This document shows, piece by piece, positions 50,924 through 64,000 of a stretch of 64,000 bases of DNA. The translations under genes were made by a program, and so were the position numbers. The stretch spans positions 65,413 to 129,412 of the forward strand of contig NMRA01000005.1 of NCBI GenBank assembly GCA_002633005.1. The letters run 5' to 3'. The notes beneath the pieces were generated by a model. That model did no database searches. It was given only the letters and a program-made list of their open reading frames with translations, and was not told the origin of the DNA. The stretch is from Phoronis australis. Taxonomy: Eukaryota > Animalia > Phoronida. The number at the start of each line of letters is the position of its first letter. Position 1 is the first letter of the stretch.

Positions 50924-53728
50924 ATGTCACCGAATTTCGCTCTTCGTGGATTGATCGTGGCGGCAAAAATAATTAACGTGTGTTATTGCCTCTGTCCCCC
51001 AGGCTTACATTCACATGACTGGACTTTGGTCGATAAAATGATTGATAAAACAGACACAACCGCGTTAGTTATGAATTTTTGTCGAATACGCGATATAGAA
51101 ACTGCGGCATTTCAGTCTTTGTTTGGCACATTAATTCTAGATTTAGAGGGAAACCGCATCTTTCACTTACGAGATGAAATGATGATCACGATGTTTTCTT
51201 TAAAAGTTCTGTCTCTGAAAAGCAATTCAATTGCAGTGCTTACCAACAGAACGTTTTCAGGTCTTTTTAATTTAGTTCATCTCAATCTGGGTAATAACAA
51301 AATTCATGAACTCGACTTCTCTTTCCAAAATTTACCTGCGTTAATAAAACTTATTCTAGCGAACAATCGGATATCGAAATTAGAAAAAGGCCTTTTCGAC
51401 TCTAATGTAAACTTACGCTTCATCGATCTCGCAAATAACCGAATATCTTTTATTGAAAACAAGACGTTTGGTACATTGAGGGAGCTACGGAACGTATATT
51501 TGTCAGGCAATTTACTGGTGGAAATAAGGTTGTTAAAAGACGCTCTACCGACAGCTCCAAGTGTTACAAATCTGGAGATCAGTGACAATATATTTCAAGA
51601 CTTGTTGCCACTTCCTTTGAGATGGCTCAGAACTATGAAGTTGAGTTCGTGCAAGTTTCGTTACTTAAACACATGCTCATTGCGTGATATGGACAGTCCA
51701 CTGACTTTAGACTTGAGCAACAATGCCATTCAACTGATCGACACACATACTTGTTGTGCCAACATCAGCCTGGTAGCTCTTTACCTCGGAAACAATAAGT
51801 TGAGCAAACTATCGCCAACTTATCTTGAGTGCTTTAGAAAAATTGCACGTCTGTTTATTGACCACAACAATGTCAGTACCATAGAGCAGCAGACATTTCG
51901 ACATAACAGATATCTAATTCTTTTGTCGATGGAGTTCAATCTACTGCGGTCGCTGGACCGTGGAATGTTTGATGGGCTATCGGAACTCAAATCGTTATTG
52001 CTCAGAAGCAACAAGATCACAAACATAGAAAACAATACGTTTTCAGGTTTGCCACGATTGAAGAATTTAGACCTATTTGGAAATCTTATCAAAATTATTT
52101 ACCCGGAAATGTTTACCGGGCTTCACAGTCTTCAAACATTGATTCTAACCCAAAATCCCGTGTCAAAATTTGTCCCTGGCAATTTTTCAAGCATCGTCTC
52201 CATCACTAGGTATGCTCTCACCCACACTGGTTCCTCCAAAGAAACACTGGTTTTGCTTTGTAGTCTTAAGAGTCTTGAAGATGTAACCTACGTTAGCACT
52301 AATCTCGACTTCAACACTGCCAGTCCTTGTGGGCATTCACTGAAGGTATTACAAATTGAGAACTGCACACTGACGAATGGAGTAAATCTTCCAATGTTTG
52401 AAACTTTTGATAAACTAGAAACCATAATCATCAGAAACAGTCCATTAAAAATTGTCCATAACAACACATTCAAAGGACTGGATTATCTCAAACATATACG
52501 TTTGAGAAGTAACAACTTGACAGCCACAGATGATTACGCCTTCGAGGACTTGGTCTGTCTGACGCATTTAACGATAACTGGAAACAGAATACGTTTTATC
52601 AACGAACTCTTACTCAGAAATCTTACGAGTCTTCAAGAACTGGATTTTCAGAACAACTTCATTGAAAATATGTCCTCGTCAGCGTTCGCCTCATTGAAAC
52701 AACTAGCCATCATGACACTTGGGTCAAACCATATCAAATTTCTCCACAGAAAATTATTTAATGGTCTGCAGAACCTCATTCTCTTCGATGCATCTTATAA
52801 TCGCCTCACGCATCTTCCGGGGGGTATTTTTGATTCTCTAGTGTCACTCAGAGTTTTGAGATTGTCCCACAATCAAATAAGACAAGTGGACATAGGCCTA
52901 TTTCGGGCAATAAATCGTTTACGCATTCTAACCATGGACAATAATAATCTTACACAGATTGTTGCGTCTTTGTTAGATCGATTGCCATCTTTACAAATTT
53001 TAGCGGTTGACGGCAATAACTTGCAAACAATACCAAGTCGTTTGCAGCAAAAAATGATTTCTCCTCAATTTCGTACAAGAAAAATTTTCTTTGAAAAAAA
53101 ACCCCTACACTGCAATTGTGATTTGCTATTGTTGAGACATCTATTGGAGATTACGCCATCTAATCGCTTTACTGATTACCGTACTAATAAGAGGACATTT
53201 CCAACGTGTTCTACGCCAGTAGCAACTAACCACAGTCTACAATCCATGATGGCAGCGCCATTTGCTTGCAGTTCACCAACTTTACTGACCATTAACATCG
53301 ATAAAACCCCGACACATTTTACTATTAAATGTCAGGCAACAGCAGATCCACCTCCTCAACTGACTTTGATATCTCCTACTGGAAAGGAAATTACTTTCAA
53401 TCCCAACAACAAGCTAAACTGGACAACGACGACCAGTTTAATAACCCTCTCTCGCCAAACGTTTGTTAACGGAACGTACTGTTGTAAGGCGTCCAACCAC
53501 CATGGGTTTCAAAAGGTATGCACAGACAAGCAACTCCATAAACAGAAACCAGTGGAAACACAACCTCCTCACAATGACCTAGCAGAAATTCAAACATCTA
53601 CATACGTGATTGGTGTTTCAGGGACAGTAGGTTTTATTATTGGCTTGTCTGTTTTGTTTATTTATTTGTTCAAACGGCATCGTCGGCCAACACCTGTGAC
53701 GCATGATACTGAAATGAACTCTATCTAG
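50924..53728 (+). CDS. Single-exon leucine-rich repeat / Ig-like / transmembrane receptor-like protein (934 aa)
   Basis: Uninterrupted ORF with hydrophobic N-terminus, more than 20 LxxLxLxxNxI repeats, LRRCT (PLHCNCDL...C), Ig-like segment (IKCQATADPPPQ...GTYCCKASNHHG), TM helix YVIGVSGTVGFIIGLSVLFIYLF, basic stop-transfer KRHRR and a short tail; no TIR domain. Confidence 0.92.
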   Translation: MSPNFALRGLIVAAKIINVCYCLCPPGLHSHDWTLVDKMIDKTDTTALVMNFCRIRDIETAAFQSLFGTLILDLEGNRIFHLRDEMMITMFSLKVLSLKSNSIAVLTNRTFSGLFNLVHLNLGNNKIHELDFSFQNLPALIKLILANNRISKLEKGLFDSNVNLRFIDLANNRISFIENKTFGTLRELRNVYLSGNLLVEIRLLKDALPTAPSVTNLEISDNIFQDLLPLPLRWLRTMKLSSCKFRYLNTCSLRDMDSPLTLDLSNNAIQLIDTHTCCANISLVALYLGNNKLSKLSPTYLECFRKIARLFIDHNNVSTIEQQTFRHNRYLILLSMEFNLLRSLDRGMFDGLSELKSLLLRSNKITNIENNTFSGLPRLKNLDLFGNLIKIIYPEMFTGLHSLQTLILTQNPVSKFVPGNFSSIVSITRYALTHTGSSKETLVLLCSLKSLEDVTYVSTNLDFNTASPCGHSLKVLQIENCTLTNGVNLPMFETFDKLETIIIRNSPLKIVHNNTFKGLDYLKHIRLRSNNLTATDDYAFEDLVCLTHLTITGNRIRFINELLLRNLTSLQELDFQNNFIENMSSSAFASLKQLAIMTLGSNHIKFLHRKLFNGLQNLILFDASYNRLTHLPGGIFDSLVSLRVLRLSHNQIRQVDIGLFRAINRLRILTMDNNNLTQIVASLLDRLPSLQILAVDGNNLQTIPSRLQQKMISPQFRTRKIFFEKKPLHCNCDLLLLRHLLEITPSNRFTDYRTNKRTFPTCSTPVATNHSLQSMMAAPFACSSPTLLTINIDKTPTHFTIKCQATADPPPQLTLISPTGKEITFNPNNKLNWTTTTSLITLSRQTFVNGTYCCKASNHHGFQKVCTDKQLHKQKPVETQPPHNDLAEIQTSTYVIGVSGTVGFIIGLSVLFIYLFKRHRRPTPVTHDTEMNSI

Positions 53729-56700
53729 AAAAACACCGAAATTTGGCCATAGTTTCAATACAAAGTGTCGGTGACAGAAACGACGAGTCTTGAAAAGGAA
53801 TTCTCGAATTGAGAGTAGCTGCTGCGGCCTGTCCGCAAGTAGTTATCCTTATGGATAGTGTAAGATACGGATGAGCACCTAGTTTCTTTGTCTTTCTCAA
53901 AATTCAGTTCTATCACAGTTTCCTTTCGGAGAACCATTGAAATCATTGAGGTGTTTCTTAATGGCCTCATCTGTCGGAGGCTAAGGAAATGAGTAACGAG
54001 AAAATAGGTGGCTGACTGGAAATGAAGTAGATCTGTACGGACTCGTTATCAGACCTAATGATACAACATGAGACAGAAGTGGATTGGAACTTCGTGAACC
54101 CCGAATTTACGGCTGAAATGCGCTGCAAACTCGCACATGATTATCATTTATACAGGAAACGTTCACGTTGTTTTGGGATTTGCAGTCAATGTCTCATAAA
54201 TAAGGTCTGTTTGCAGTTTAATTTTTATAGTGGACAGCTAACTTTTTTAACATTTTTGTTCTGCTTTGAACATGATCAGCAGAATTCTATGATCTATGTC
54301 ACTTTGATGTCGTAAACGTTACAAATTACTATTTAATAAATGAACAGAAATATGAAGTCTTTATTTAGTTATTCTATTAAAATTATCAAATTCCACCCCA
54401 GGCTGTGAGTCGCAAGAAGCCACCTAAATGTGTCAGGGGTTGACTATTGCCCTGTGTTCTTCCGTAGCGGATCGGCCAAAATATATTTCTATGAACACCA
54501 TCGATCGCGTCTGTCTTCTTCACCGTTATCATGTACAATGTTCATGTCCAACACGTTCATGAATGCAACAAGCAAAAAGTGATAAAAAACGCCTCATCAC
54601 AGAATGATCTGATATTTTTCGTGAAAGATGGCATTGCATGCCACCTTCTATATTTCTCGAAAGCTCCACCTAATAATCATGGAAACGTATAGTTTCCAGT
54701 CAGTTTTGAGTCCTGTGACAGACAGTTGAATTTTACCCAGGTCCGCAGGAAGGCAAAAATTATTGGNAAAGGTTACCTTCTAATTGTCAAAAAATCATTC
54801 GATTTTCGTAGAAACATAAACATGTAATTTAGAAACCAACAATCGATTACATGAGCAATGCGTTTTACTTGATTTAATGACTTAATTCCTCTGTGTTCTC
54901 CTGTTTCTGAGTTTAAACGACAAATCTCCTAAGTCGAAAAGCAATGCATTTATTGTCATTTGAATTGTAAGTATATTTTAGGGAATCGTCCGATTTCATC
55001 AATGTCTTTGAGAGTTATTTTAGATAGGTAAGAATCGTTTAAATGTACTTTACTATTTGGCGATCGACTGAGGTACAGCTAAGTTCATTGAAACATCGTC
55101 AATTCTTATCTGTCGATTTGTGTAGATACATAAACATCTAAATCAGAAACCTAAGAATTTGTTTGTGAAAACGGATTGTTATAAGCAATTTCCACAGTCA
55201 TGCTCACAGATTTTTGACAGGGAACCGGGAACATGGGAGTCGGGGCATTCGCATTAAGAGGTAACTGTGACGGTTCACGAGTTAAAGTTGAATTTCAAAA
55301 ACCTTGACATCTTTGTTTATGATTGCAAGTGCTTTGAGCACTCTCATTTAACATGTGCAAGTCATCACAAATCGTAGCCCCAACAGTCTATTCGACATGT
55401 GCAAATTCTTTATACAACCAACTCCTAGTAACGATCTTCAAAGAAATACAATTCTTGTGATACTGTGGGAATAACCAACCATCGGAAATATTACTTTTGT
55501 GTAATTCACAAATAGTGGTCTTGGCAGTGTCGGATTTACAAGCATCGAGAGACAATGCCCCCAAACCGCCCCACCGAGAGAAAGTCCCGTCTGAAAGGGA
55601 CTCCTTAAGACGAAAGACTGGACATCATTAAGCTTGGAGGAGAGTGACAATTCATTACATACCCTACAAGAAGTGCCCTTCCTCAAGGTGAAAGCCGGTT
55701 GTATGATTTCACCAAAAACAGGAAATCGAGCCCCTCAAGAATTTGTCAATAAAAATACAAAGGGGTGGCCACTTCAATGTCGTTAATGGCCCCATTCGAG
55801 GGCTGGGCCCCTAAATATGAAAAGACCTATATTTTCAAATATCAGGAAATGCACAGCAATTGATATTATCTGTCAGGTCATCAATTTTTCTCAAGTGATA
55901 TTCGATTTCGAGAAAAAAAACCAACAGAGCGACAAATGTTTTCGCTATCTTTTGCCAGAGAGTGGCCTGCGGAAAAATATAGTTTTGCATTCGAAAATTG
56001 TTTTATTGAATTAAAATTTTCTCGATTTTTCGAAACACATATATGAATGATTAAGTGTACGTTTTCGAGTGCGTTTAGACCATAGATACTCAGATCAGGT
56101 TGGAAAATGTCCATTAAACGCTCAAATGTTATTATGCAATTTACCGTCTCAGTACTGAAGATATACGCCCAATAAAAATAGAATGAAAATTCCCGTACAA
56201 AACCACTTCTAAAATATATGGTTCGCCCCTCATTCAACGTTGTGGTATTGCCAACTATGTCTACTTGTTCAAAGGCACATATATACTGAAATCTTAATAG
56301 CGTGATAACAAATCAGGCAATGAAGACACTACTTTCACAACACTGGCCTTCTCATTTCTCTTGTGGCCTCAGCATTTTTGAGATTTGTCTCTCATATTGG
56401 CAGTTCGAACTTCGTATTGAATATTAAAGCTGACTTCATTTAAATTTACAAGACACGCAATCCCACTATTACTCAATTTGGGTTAAATACTAGATAATGT
56501 GCATTTAGGCATACGAAGCAATAGGATTTAATTATGCGAGTTTATATATTTGCTGAAAATTTAAGGCCTGTAAAATTTGATTATGGACTTTATACCAATT
56601 TACCAGAAATTTCCAAACGTGGCCACTGATTTTTAGTAAAATGTAGTAAAAATATACAGACACAGCAAAACAACGGTAGCAATAACCAGACCAATTTTAG

Positions 56701-59700
56701 TTTGATATATACAATATACCATCTTGTATATGTTATACTTTGGGGCTATGGCCATATGTATAGAATTCAAACATGGGCGCACCCGAGGGGGGTTGGGGGG
56801 GGGGGACAAAAAGTCCGAGTAAACGAGACAGAAGTCCACAAAGTCCACAAGAATGATTCTGCGCGGTTCACCCCCACGCTTGCCGACGTACTTGTTTACC
56901 GGCTTGACCACAATGCAACATTCTGACCCATTTCCAATAATGCGGCGTTGCAACTCCGCTATTCGTAGGCCTGAACCTAGTGGCCCCGTTTTTTTTAGTC
57001 CTCCTTGACGTTGTCAGTAAAAGGTGCGCATATCGAAAAATTAGAGCCCCCTTTCATTTTAGGCTGGGCACGCCCTTTTTAAAACATCCAATGCATCGAA
57101 TGAACTGCCAGCCTTTTATTCGACTTGTAGGCATTCAGTTTGACTTGCTCCGAAGTTAATTTACGAAAACTGACAACTTCACAACTCTCTTTTCAGTACT
57201 CGCAATTTGAAAAGTTACTTGGCTTCACGAAGTAATCCAATTTGGTTACAGGAGATCAAGACGGAAAGTATTTTTCCAAGTGTCCCAACTTCCTCAACAG
57301 ACTAACTAACGAAATGAAATTTCCTACCATTTAGCTGGATGTTTGGCGAGTTCTTTTAATCACTGTTTATGAACATATATAAAACTTGCTTGTCAGTAAA
57401 AAGAAGTGCATGTACATGAATCATCAAATACCAAAATCCAAAAATCCCAATGTATGACTAGATGTCTATCCGATTTGCTTATCATTTTACCGTCGCACTT
57501 GGCCTTTAGAGTACTGTTTTGAGTTTCTGAGTTACATTGGCGCAATTAATCACTGACAAGTAAATCGATAGTACATCGCCATCAAATGATTTACGGTTAT
57601 GTCTAGACTGCACATTTAACCAAATGTCTACAAAAACTGTAAACTTTAACTCAGTAAAAGTGTTTTTTCTGAAAGTAGAAAGCTTTTAGAATTTGATTGC
57701 GGGCTGTCTACAAATCTGGCGTCAACTGGGCCACGTGACCTTGTCTTTTTATCAAAATTCAGACAAAAAGAAATGCACATTCATAGCACAACAACGGTAT
57801 CAATAACATAACGAACTTGAATTTGATACAAACGTTCAAGACGAAATCTCAAAAACGATGATGCAGTTTTCTGAAGGTGATGTAGGATCGTAGAAAAATG
57901 TTCAAATTTGGCCAACTTCGGAACATCATATCTCAGAAATGGCTGACCTGATTCATATGAAGGTTTCAGATACTAAGCTTTTTGCACTGATCTCCAAAAC
58001 TCTGTTAGGGATTGTCTTTAAAATGTTCTCCTTTTGAATGAGGGACCACGAAAAAATATGACTTTGATGATTTTCATAAACACATTTTAAAGTTCCATGA
58101 AACAAAAACGAAAACAACTTATTATAAATGACTTATTTTTATTAAAATCGCATTAGCAAAAATTGATTTTCAAGCCTCAGAAGTGGGGCTCCCTGTATTA
58201 ACATAGGGGCAACACCGGAAGACCACCAATAGCGGGGCACCGTGCATTAACGAATGAACCCCCCATTTGGTGAATTGGGCATTGCGTATGTTATTTTAAT
58301 AAGAACCAGTAATTTAAAATAATAAACTGTTCCGGAAATAATATTTTAGAAAACTGTAACAGCATTTTCGAGATCTCATCTTGAAATTTATATCAGATAA
58401 ATTTTAATCATATTTTTGATAAACCTGTTTTGCTATTCATGTACCTTTCTTTTGTTTTGCTAAATTTACTAAAAAGACATGATCATATTACCCAATTAAA
58501 AACAGATTGGTAAAAAGTCAAAAATCAAATTTTGCATGCTTTCTTCTTTTAGAAAATATATATTCTTAATTTACTATAGCTTTGCATGTATTTGGTTAGA
58601 TAACCTTAAACACCATTTCATTTTGTTCTATGCAACATTTGATTTTTCATACAGGTCTTAAAATTCAATCAATTCCCAATAGCGTTTTTGAGAATACAGC
58701 GTAAAGCATCAGAGTACATGAAAAGTTTGATTTGAATTCGGCCTGCCATTCCTGAGATATGGCGTTCCCCGGCTGACCAATTTGGGGTGGCTTCCAAATC
58801 CTCTTATGAAGTCCCGTATCCCATGCTCTTCTCACTGGTCGTCACGAATAGATATCCCTTCGTGAATTGCCTCAAAGTTCCATACTATCAATTACAAATA
58901 TGCATAAAGTCTTAAAAGGCGACACTTAATGAAAATTGCGCGATGTGCGTGTCTCTAGATTTTATTTTGTGTTGCCATGTGGTTACCCAACATATCAATG
59001 TTGTTTTCTTCACCTGCCAAGGTTTTATTTACAAGTTATCGTATGCTCGAAAATCGCTTATCTTGTAAGAAACAGACAATAATTCAGTGAAATTTGATGC
59101 ACGAAACGGTGCATTCTGGTGATTATTGCCAATATAATTTAACCATCCACGCAATTTTGGTAAATTTTGATGTTGTATCATGAACTTCTGGCAGCTCAAT
59201 ACCACTTGTTCGCCCAGGGAGATTAGGGAGGTACTCGAAACTCAGGTACCCTGTTTGAAGAATGCAGTGAACCAGTGACCCCGAAGACGCCGTACTCTTT
59301 CTAAGTGTACCCCTTCACAGCACGACCGATAAAGTGAACTTTACCCAAACGGGACATTAATAAAGTGAACCTTGACCTTAGGGCTCATTTCCACTCTAGG
59401 AAATAGACGAAACTATACTCGAAGTTTCAGACACGATATTACATCTCCTCATTCAGAGATTGTGCAGCCCTCGGTAGGGATGTCCTGTATTTTTATCCTC
59501 CAATAAAGAATGAGTTTGGCGGTACAATCATGTTGTTAATGGAATCCCTAAACTGAAAGTCATAAAACAACACTCCGCAAAGCTCAAAATAATGTAATAC
59601 GCGAAATCGCATAACACGCTCTAGACTAAAAAGTTGCATTTTATCATGAAAATTTGGTGAAGTTTCCGGTGGCTGTCTTCACGAGGTTTGCCCCCACACA

Positions 59701-61055
59701 ACAAAGTCCGCACGCAGACAGCGGTGCGATTGGTGACAACCACGGAAGGCTGAAGTGATCGTGGCGATAAAGAGGAGACTGACTGCCGGACGAAGATTGC
59801 GAATTAATTTGCGGTCCTCTAACACCATTTTTCCCTATAGAACAGCCCACTACTCCGACGGTTCACCGAAAATTTCGGACCCGGAATTTCTATTATAAAC
59901 ACTATGGTTAATAAACGCAATGGTGTACCTACACTCTTTCACAGTGGAATGTTGTTTATCATGGCAATTTATTGGTTAAAGTAATGGAACCAGAGTCATA
60001 GTATTCAGCCATTCCCAATGGTTGAAATTTGGGACCCCTTGTAGTTTACTGTTACGGCGTAGTATGGCCGCTACCCTTGACTTGAATAGTTACAATTTAT
60101 TAAAACGGGCAGTGGTGGAAGTAAAAAAAAACAGAGGAACCCCGATTCCGCAGCTAGGCCCAAACAAGTGCAATGCATAAAGAAGGCGTGTGGAAGTAGT
60201 AGTGGCGATGTGATCGATAAACTTCCGACAAAGCGCATTGATGCCCTGTTGTGTATCTTACTTTGTCAAATAAAGTAGACACTCCATGAACTACGCAGTG
60301 AAACGAACAGAATTGAACTGAACACTGAACTGATTTATTCTACATATCATCACAATATATATACACACAACTACATAACAACATATGATGGGTTACCTAT
60401 GACACACTTCCTGTACTAGGAATCGCATGACATAATACCAANGGGCCACTTTTCACTATAAGTTGGGCTGTGTCAGAGGGTATGGTCAAGGAGAGTAGTA
60501 GTATCGGATACTTGGTATGACGTACCTACAGAAAACAATGTCCTGTACCGTACCAATGCAATGTTTGGATCATATTCCATGCTTGTGCGAAATTAGGCTC
60601 TAGCACAACCTTATGATATGAATACGAAAAGCAATACGGATTTTCACTTTATAAAGAAGTTGTATTAATGAATTGTCATCGACAACACTTTCACCAAAAC
60701 TATGCCGATCGCACCGTGAAACAACGCAACAGAAATTTCATCCACTACGCATCAGCCCCACTCCCTAAGCCAGTCTTCACTAAATGGACACCAAATACTG
60801 TATTCTATGCATGCTGACCATATCCGCCTCAGAAGGCATTCAGTAGTGAACTTCTGAAATAGTAAACCCTCGGACTAACGAACCTTGGCGGAGTAGTTAC
60901 GTATAACCCCTACGGGCATGTTTATGAAGTGACACTAGCTCAGAACTGTCTCTCCATTAAAGCTCACCGTTCCTACGTCAATGTTGCCATTGTGTGCAAC
61001 GGGATGGCCAAGCCGGAAAAATTCATATTACCTAAACAACGTACAATATAATTTT

Positions 61056-62962
61056 CCCATACGAAAAAATCTATAGGATCCTATAGGAATTCCTATAGAA
61101 ATATCGATTTCCTATATGATTCCTAGGACCAATATTTCCTATAGGAAATTTGGATCCTATAAGAATTCCTCAGGAATATTGATTTCCTATAGGATCAAGA
61201 TTTCCTGTAGGAATTCCTACACGAAATGTCCTATAGGAAAATGGTTAGAAATTTGAGTTCAGTTATCCTAAAAGGATACAGTAAGGTGTAAGTGATTAAA
61301 ATTCCCTTCGTCACTGCATTGTTAACGCCAAATAAACTAGACAACGAGTTGTAAGTTTAACGCCATAGTACCTGGGAATCTTATTAGCGCTGTGTTTACT
61401 ATTTTTGTTTTCTACTACCCGTTCTTAGTGTAAGTTTACCTCATTTTCTGTGATAGAAGAGGCAATCACGCCATTGCATTGTTATTCGTACTACTGTGTT
61501 TGGTGGGACCCCTTCGGGTTCCGCCTCTTTGTATTGTCGGCTGCGAATTAAATTCGTTGAACTTACAACTCATTGTCTAGTTTATCTGGCGCTTAGTAAT
61601 CAATTTTTCAAAACTTCCGTTCATGACAGTCCTCTATATGTTGCTTGATTTTTATATGGATGGTGAACACACGGAATTAACTTGAGTTCATTCAATAATT
61701 ACTTCAATTAGAATTGTTATTTAGCCTACTTTTTCTGTTGCATACTTATTAAAACCTATATGAACCCACAGGACATCTTATAAGATATCAACTTCTCATA
61801 GAATCCTATTGGACTTCCTCTAGGATCCCATTGAACTTCCAGAGGCGGATCTACAGGGGGGGTTCAGGGGGTTTAAACCCCCCCCCTCGGGACAGGATCA
61901 AAAATAAAAACTGGAAAGAAAATCGCCAGAAAAACGAAATTAGCTACTAAAAATCCCCAAAAATCTTACACGGGAGGAGGGAAACAATCTCGTGACCTTC
62001 CTTCTCCTCGGCGCTACGCGCCTCGGATTCTTTCGAATCCTAAACCCCCCCTTACTGAAATCGTAGATCTGCCACTGACTTCCTATAGAATCCTTTTGAA
62101 TTTCATGCAAAATTCTATTGAACTTCCCTTAGAATCCCATTGAAATTCAGTAGGATTCCATAGGAAGTTCAATAGGATTCTACATGAACTTCCTATAGAA
62201 TCCTATTGAACTTCCTGTAGATGAAATTCTTTTCAAACATAACATGAAAGGGTAAACTATATAGCTTTCATTATAGCTGTTTCATTTCTGGTGATGTAAA
62301 ATATAATGTTGTGTCTAAACTTCTAAGGGAACGTTTTGATTATGTGTATGGCTTAGTGCCTCAAATGGACAGTTTCTCAACTGGACAACAAGTGTTACTG
62401 AACGGCGATTCAATGAACAGTTATCTTTACAGCAATTAAACACTCGACATAAGCTCACAGCTCTGACTAGCTATCAGAGAACAACATATAAAAGCCTATA
62501 GTATTCAGCATTTAAATATTAATTTACTTTAACATGTTTTGAAAAAGAAAGAACACACAAGTCTCTTGTAGCCCCAGTTTAATGCATCCATTTCTAACAT
62601 AGATAGATATCCTGATTGTAGACCTTGTTCAAGAACAGAGTAGACTGCTGTACAGTTGAACGTTTCCAAAGAGTTTCTTTTGTTGAGAACATTGTTGTTT
62701 TTTGTATTATTTATGCATAGGAAATGTTATGATGGGATTTCTTAAGTCTTATAAGAATTCCTATACGATATCCTAAAGGATTTCTATAAGAGTTCCCATA
62801 CGATCCAATAGAAAATCCAATAGGATCCTATTGGATTTCCTATAGGATCCAATAAAAATCCTATAGGAATGCTATAAGATATTGGGCCAAAATTCAATTG
62901 GATTCCTATTGGATGTCCTATAGGAATTCAATAGGAAATCGTATTGGAATTTTTCGTAAGGG
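61056..62962. mobile_element. Non-autonomous EnSpm/CACTA-like element with CCC...GGG termini
   Basis: CCCATACGAAAAA / TTTTTCGTAAGGG TIRs flanked by TT; dense palindromic TCCTATAGGA sub-terminal repeats; internal inverted repeat 61331-61352 / 61556-61585. Confidence 0.7.
61840..62077. mobile_element. GC-rich MITE with 5-bp target duplication, nested in the EnSpm-like element
   Basis: CAGAGGCGGATCTAC...GTAGATCTGCCACTG flanked by ACTTC; partial relatives near 6240-6367, 33604 and 56774-57075. Confidence 0.72.
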
Positions 62963-62989
62963 TTAAAGTGCCTATTGTTGCACTGTACC

Positions 62990-63068
62990 TAGCCTTGGTT
63001 CAAAGCTGTATACTAAATTTACAGCTTGTATTTTGACGATAGTCTTCATACAGCTAGCTGGCTGGCTA
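62990..63068. mobile_element. AcademH-like MITE (same family)
   Basis: TAGCC...GGCTA termini, exact 9-bp duplication CACTGTACC; a partial inverted relative lies near 22600-22645. Confidence 0.72.
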
Positions 63069-64000
63069 CACTGTACCATGTTGTTCTGATCTCAGATGTC
63101 TGTCTGAGTTCTGAGTGTTTTTAATCTGGCCTGTGAAATTCTGTTTCATAGCACTTATTTTTTTTTGCTTTTTGTAGATTTAATACCATATTGCTGAATC
63201 TCGTGTTTGAAACATATGTATTATGTAGGTATGTGTGTGTGTAGGGACATATGGAAAAGAGAGGTGTTTTTCATTTTACAACAGTCCCTGGGAGTTTATA
63301 GAAAGGTGTGCACGTTTGTTAATATTAAAACCATAGCAACTGTTTAAACCAAATTAAGAGTCTTTAGGAGCCTACCAATGAGTACGTTATAAGTCTTTAG
63401 GTCATGACATGCTTAAAGAATTAAGATATAATAAGCGAAATTGGTAAATTCAAAATCTCTTGGTAGAGGACCTGTGTGTGATGTGAAGTGGATATCATCA
63501 TGTATGGTACATGTAATTTAACGTTGTATTACACAGAAGTTGGATGATATTATTACAGTATTCCGTGACAAGCCCTGTCACCATTTCTATGTTCCTGCAT
63601 AGTACAGCTAAAATTCTGTGATGTGATTACAAACAATCTTATAGAATACAGACACCAGTTTCTAACCGGCCAAAAACACATTATGGTTTTACACTTTAAA
63701 CACAATCTAACAGCCTTCATGATGCAATTATATGGACAAAAAATTTGCACTGAGTGGAAAACTTGGGCTCAAGTTCCTCAACATGCAGAACCAAATGGAG
63801 ACTACGTCCATCATGCCCTTAGTAAGAGTTTCACCAGTGTTTTTTCTAATAATAGGCATCCGAGTGCAGACTTTTTTAATTTTAGTAAATATTAGTTATG
63901 TCTGGATATGAATTTTATTGATCCTGTTAATGATGCTGTTTTCTCTTTCTCTCAACTTGGCAGCTATTTCAGTCTGAAACGACAAAAGAAAGAATATTTA

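Noticed and set aside
51304-52473. Minus-strand ORFs overlapping the LRR gene
   Set aside because: Antisense shadows of the long coding ORF.
30010-58830. Related repeat fragments near 30010-30140 and 57875-58830
   Set aside because: Similarity is visible, but termini and duplications could not be defined, so no element is called.

Overview
AT-rich, repeat-dense genomic DNA from an animal, most likely an invertebrate bilaterian; the taxon cannot be fixed from the sequence alone. Two host genes are well supported. One is a spliced + strand ACADSB-like short/branched-chain acyl-CoA dehydrogenase (10 coding exons mapped at 14785-27194; the first exon is uncertain, candidate near 3416-3476). The other is an intronless 934-aa LRR-Ig-transmembrane receptor-like gene (50924-53728). 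Most of the rest is transposon-derived. The most striking structure is a nested cluster upstream of the first mapped ACADSB exon: a 7.6-kb Sola2-like DNA transposon (TTGT target duplication) whose decayed transposase is followed by a Ulp1/SENP-type protease fragment. It is interrupted by a P-like THAP element (7-bp target duplication) and a Kolobok-like THAP element (TTAA). Three Helentron-associated (HINE-like) elements each carry an array of CTCF-consensus-like motifs spaced about 150 bp apart, and a second HINE-like family carries YY1/NRF1/ETS-like motifs. Also present: a second Kolobok-like element, AcademH-like MITEs and a transposase remnant, MITEs with 5-bp target duplications, an EnSpm-like element, two LINE remnants, tRNA-derived SINEs and a 17-bp minisatellite. 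All family assignments come from motifs and termini read by eye, not from database searches.
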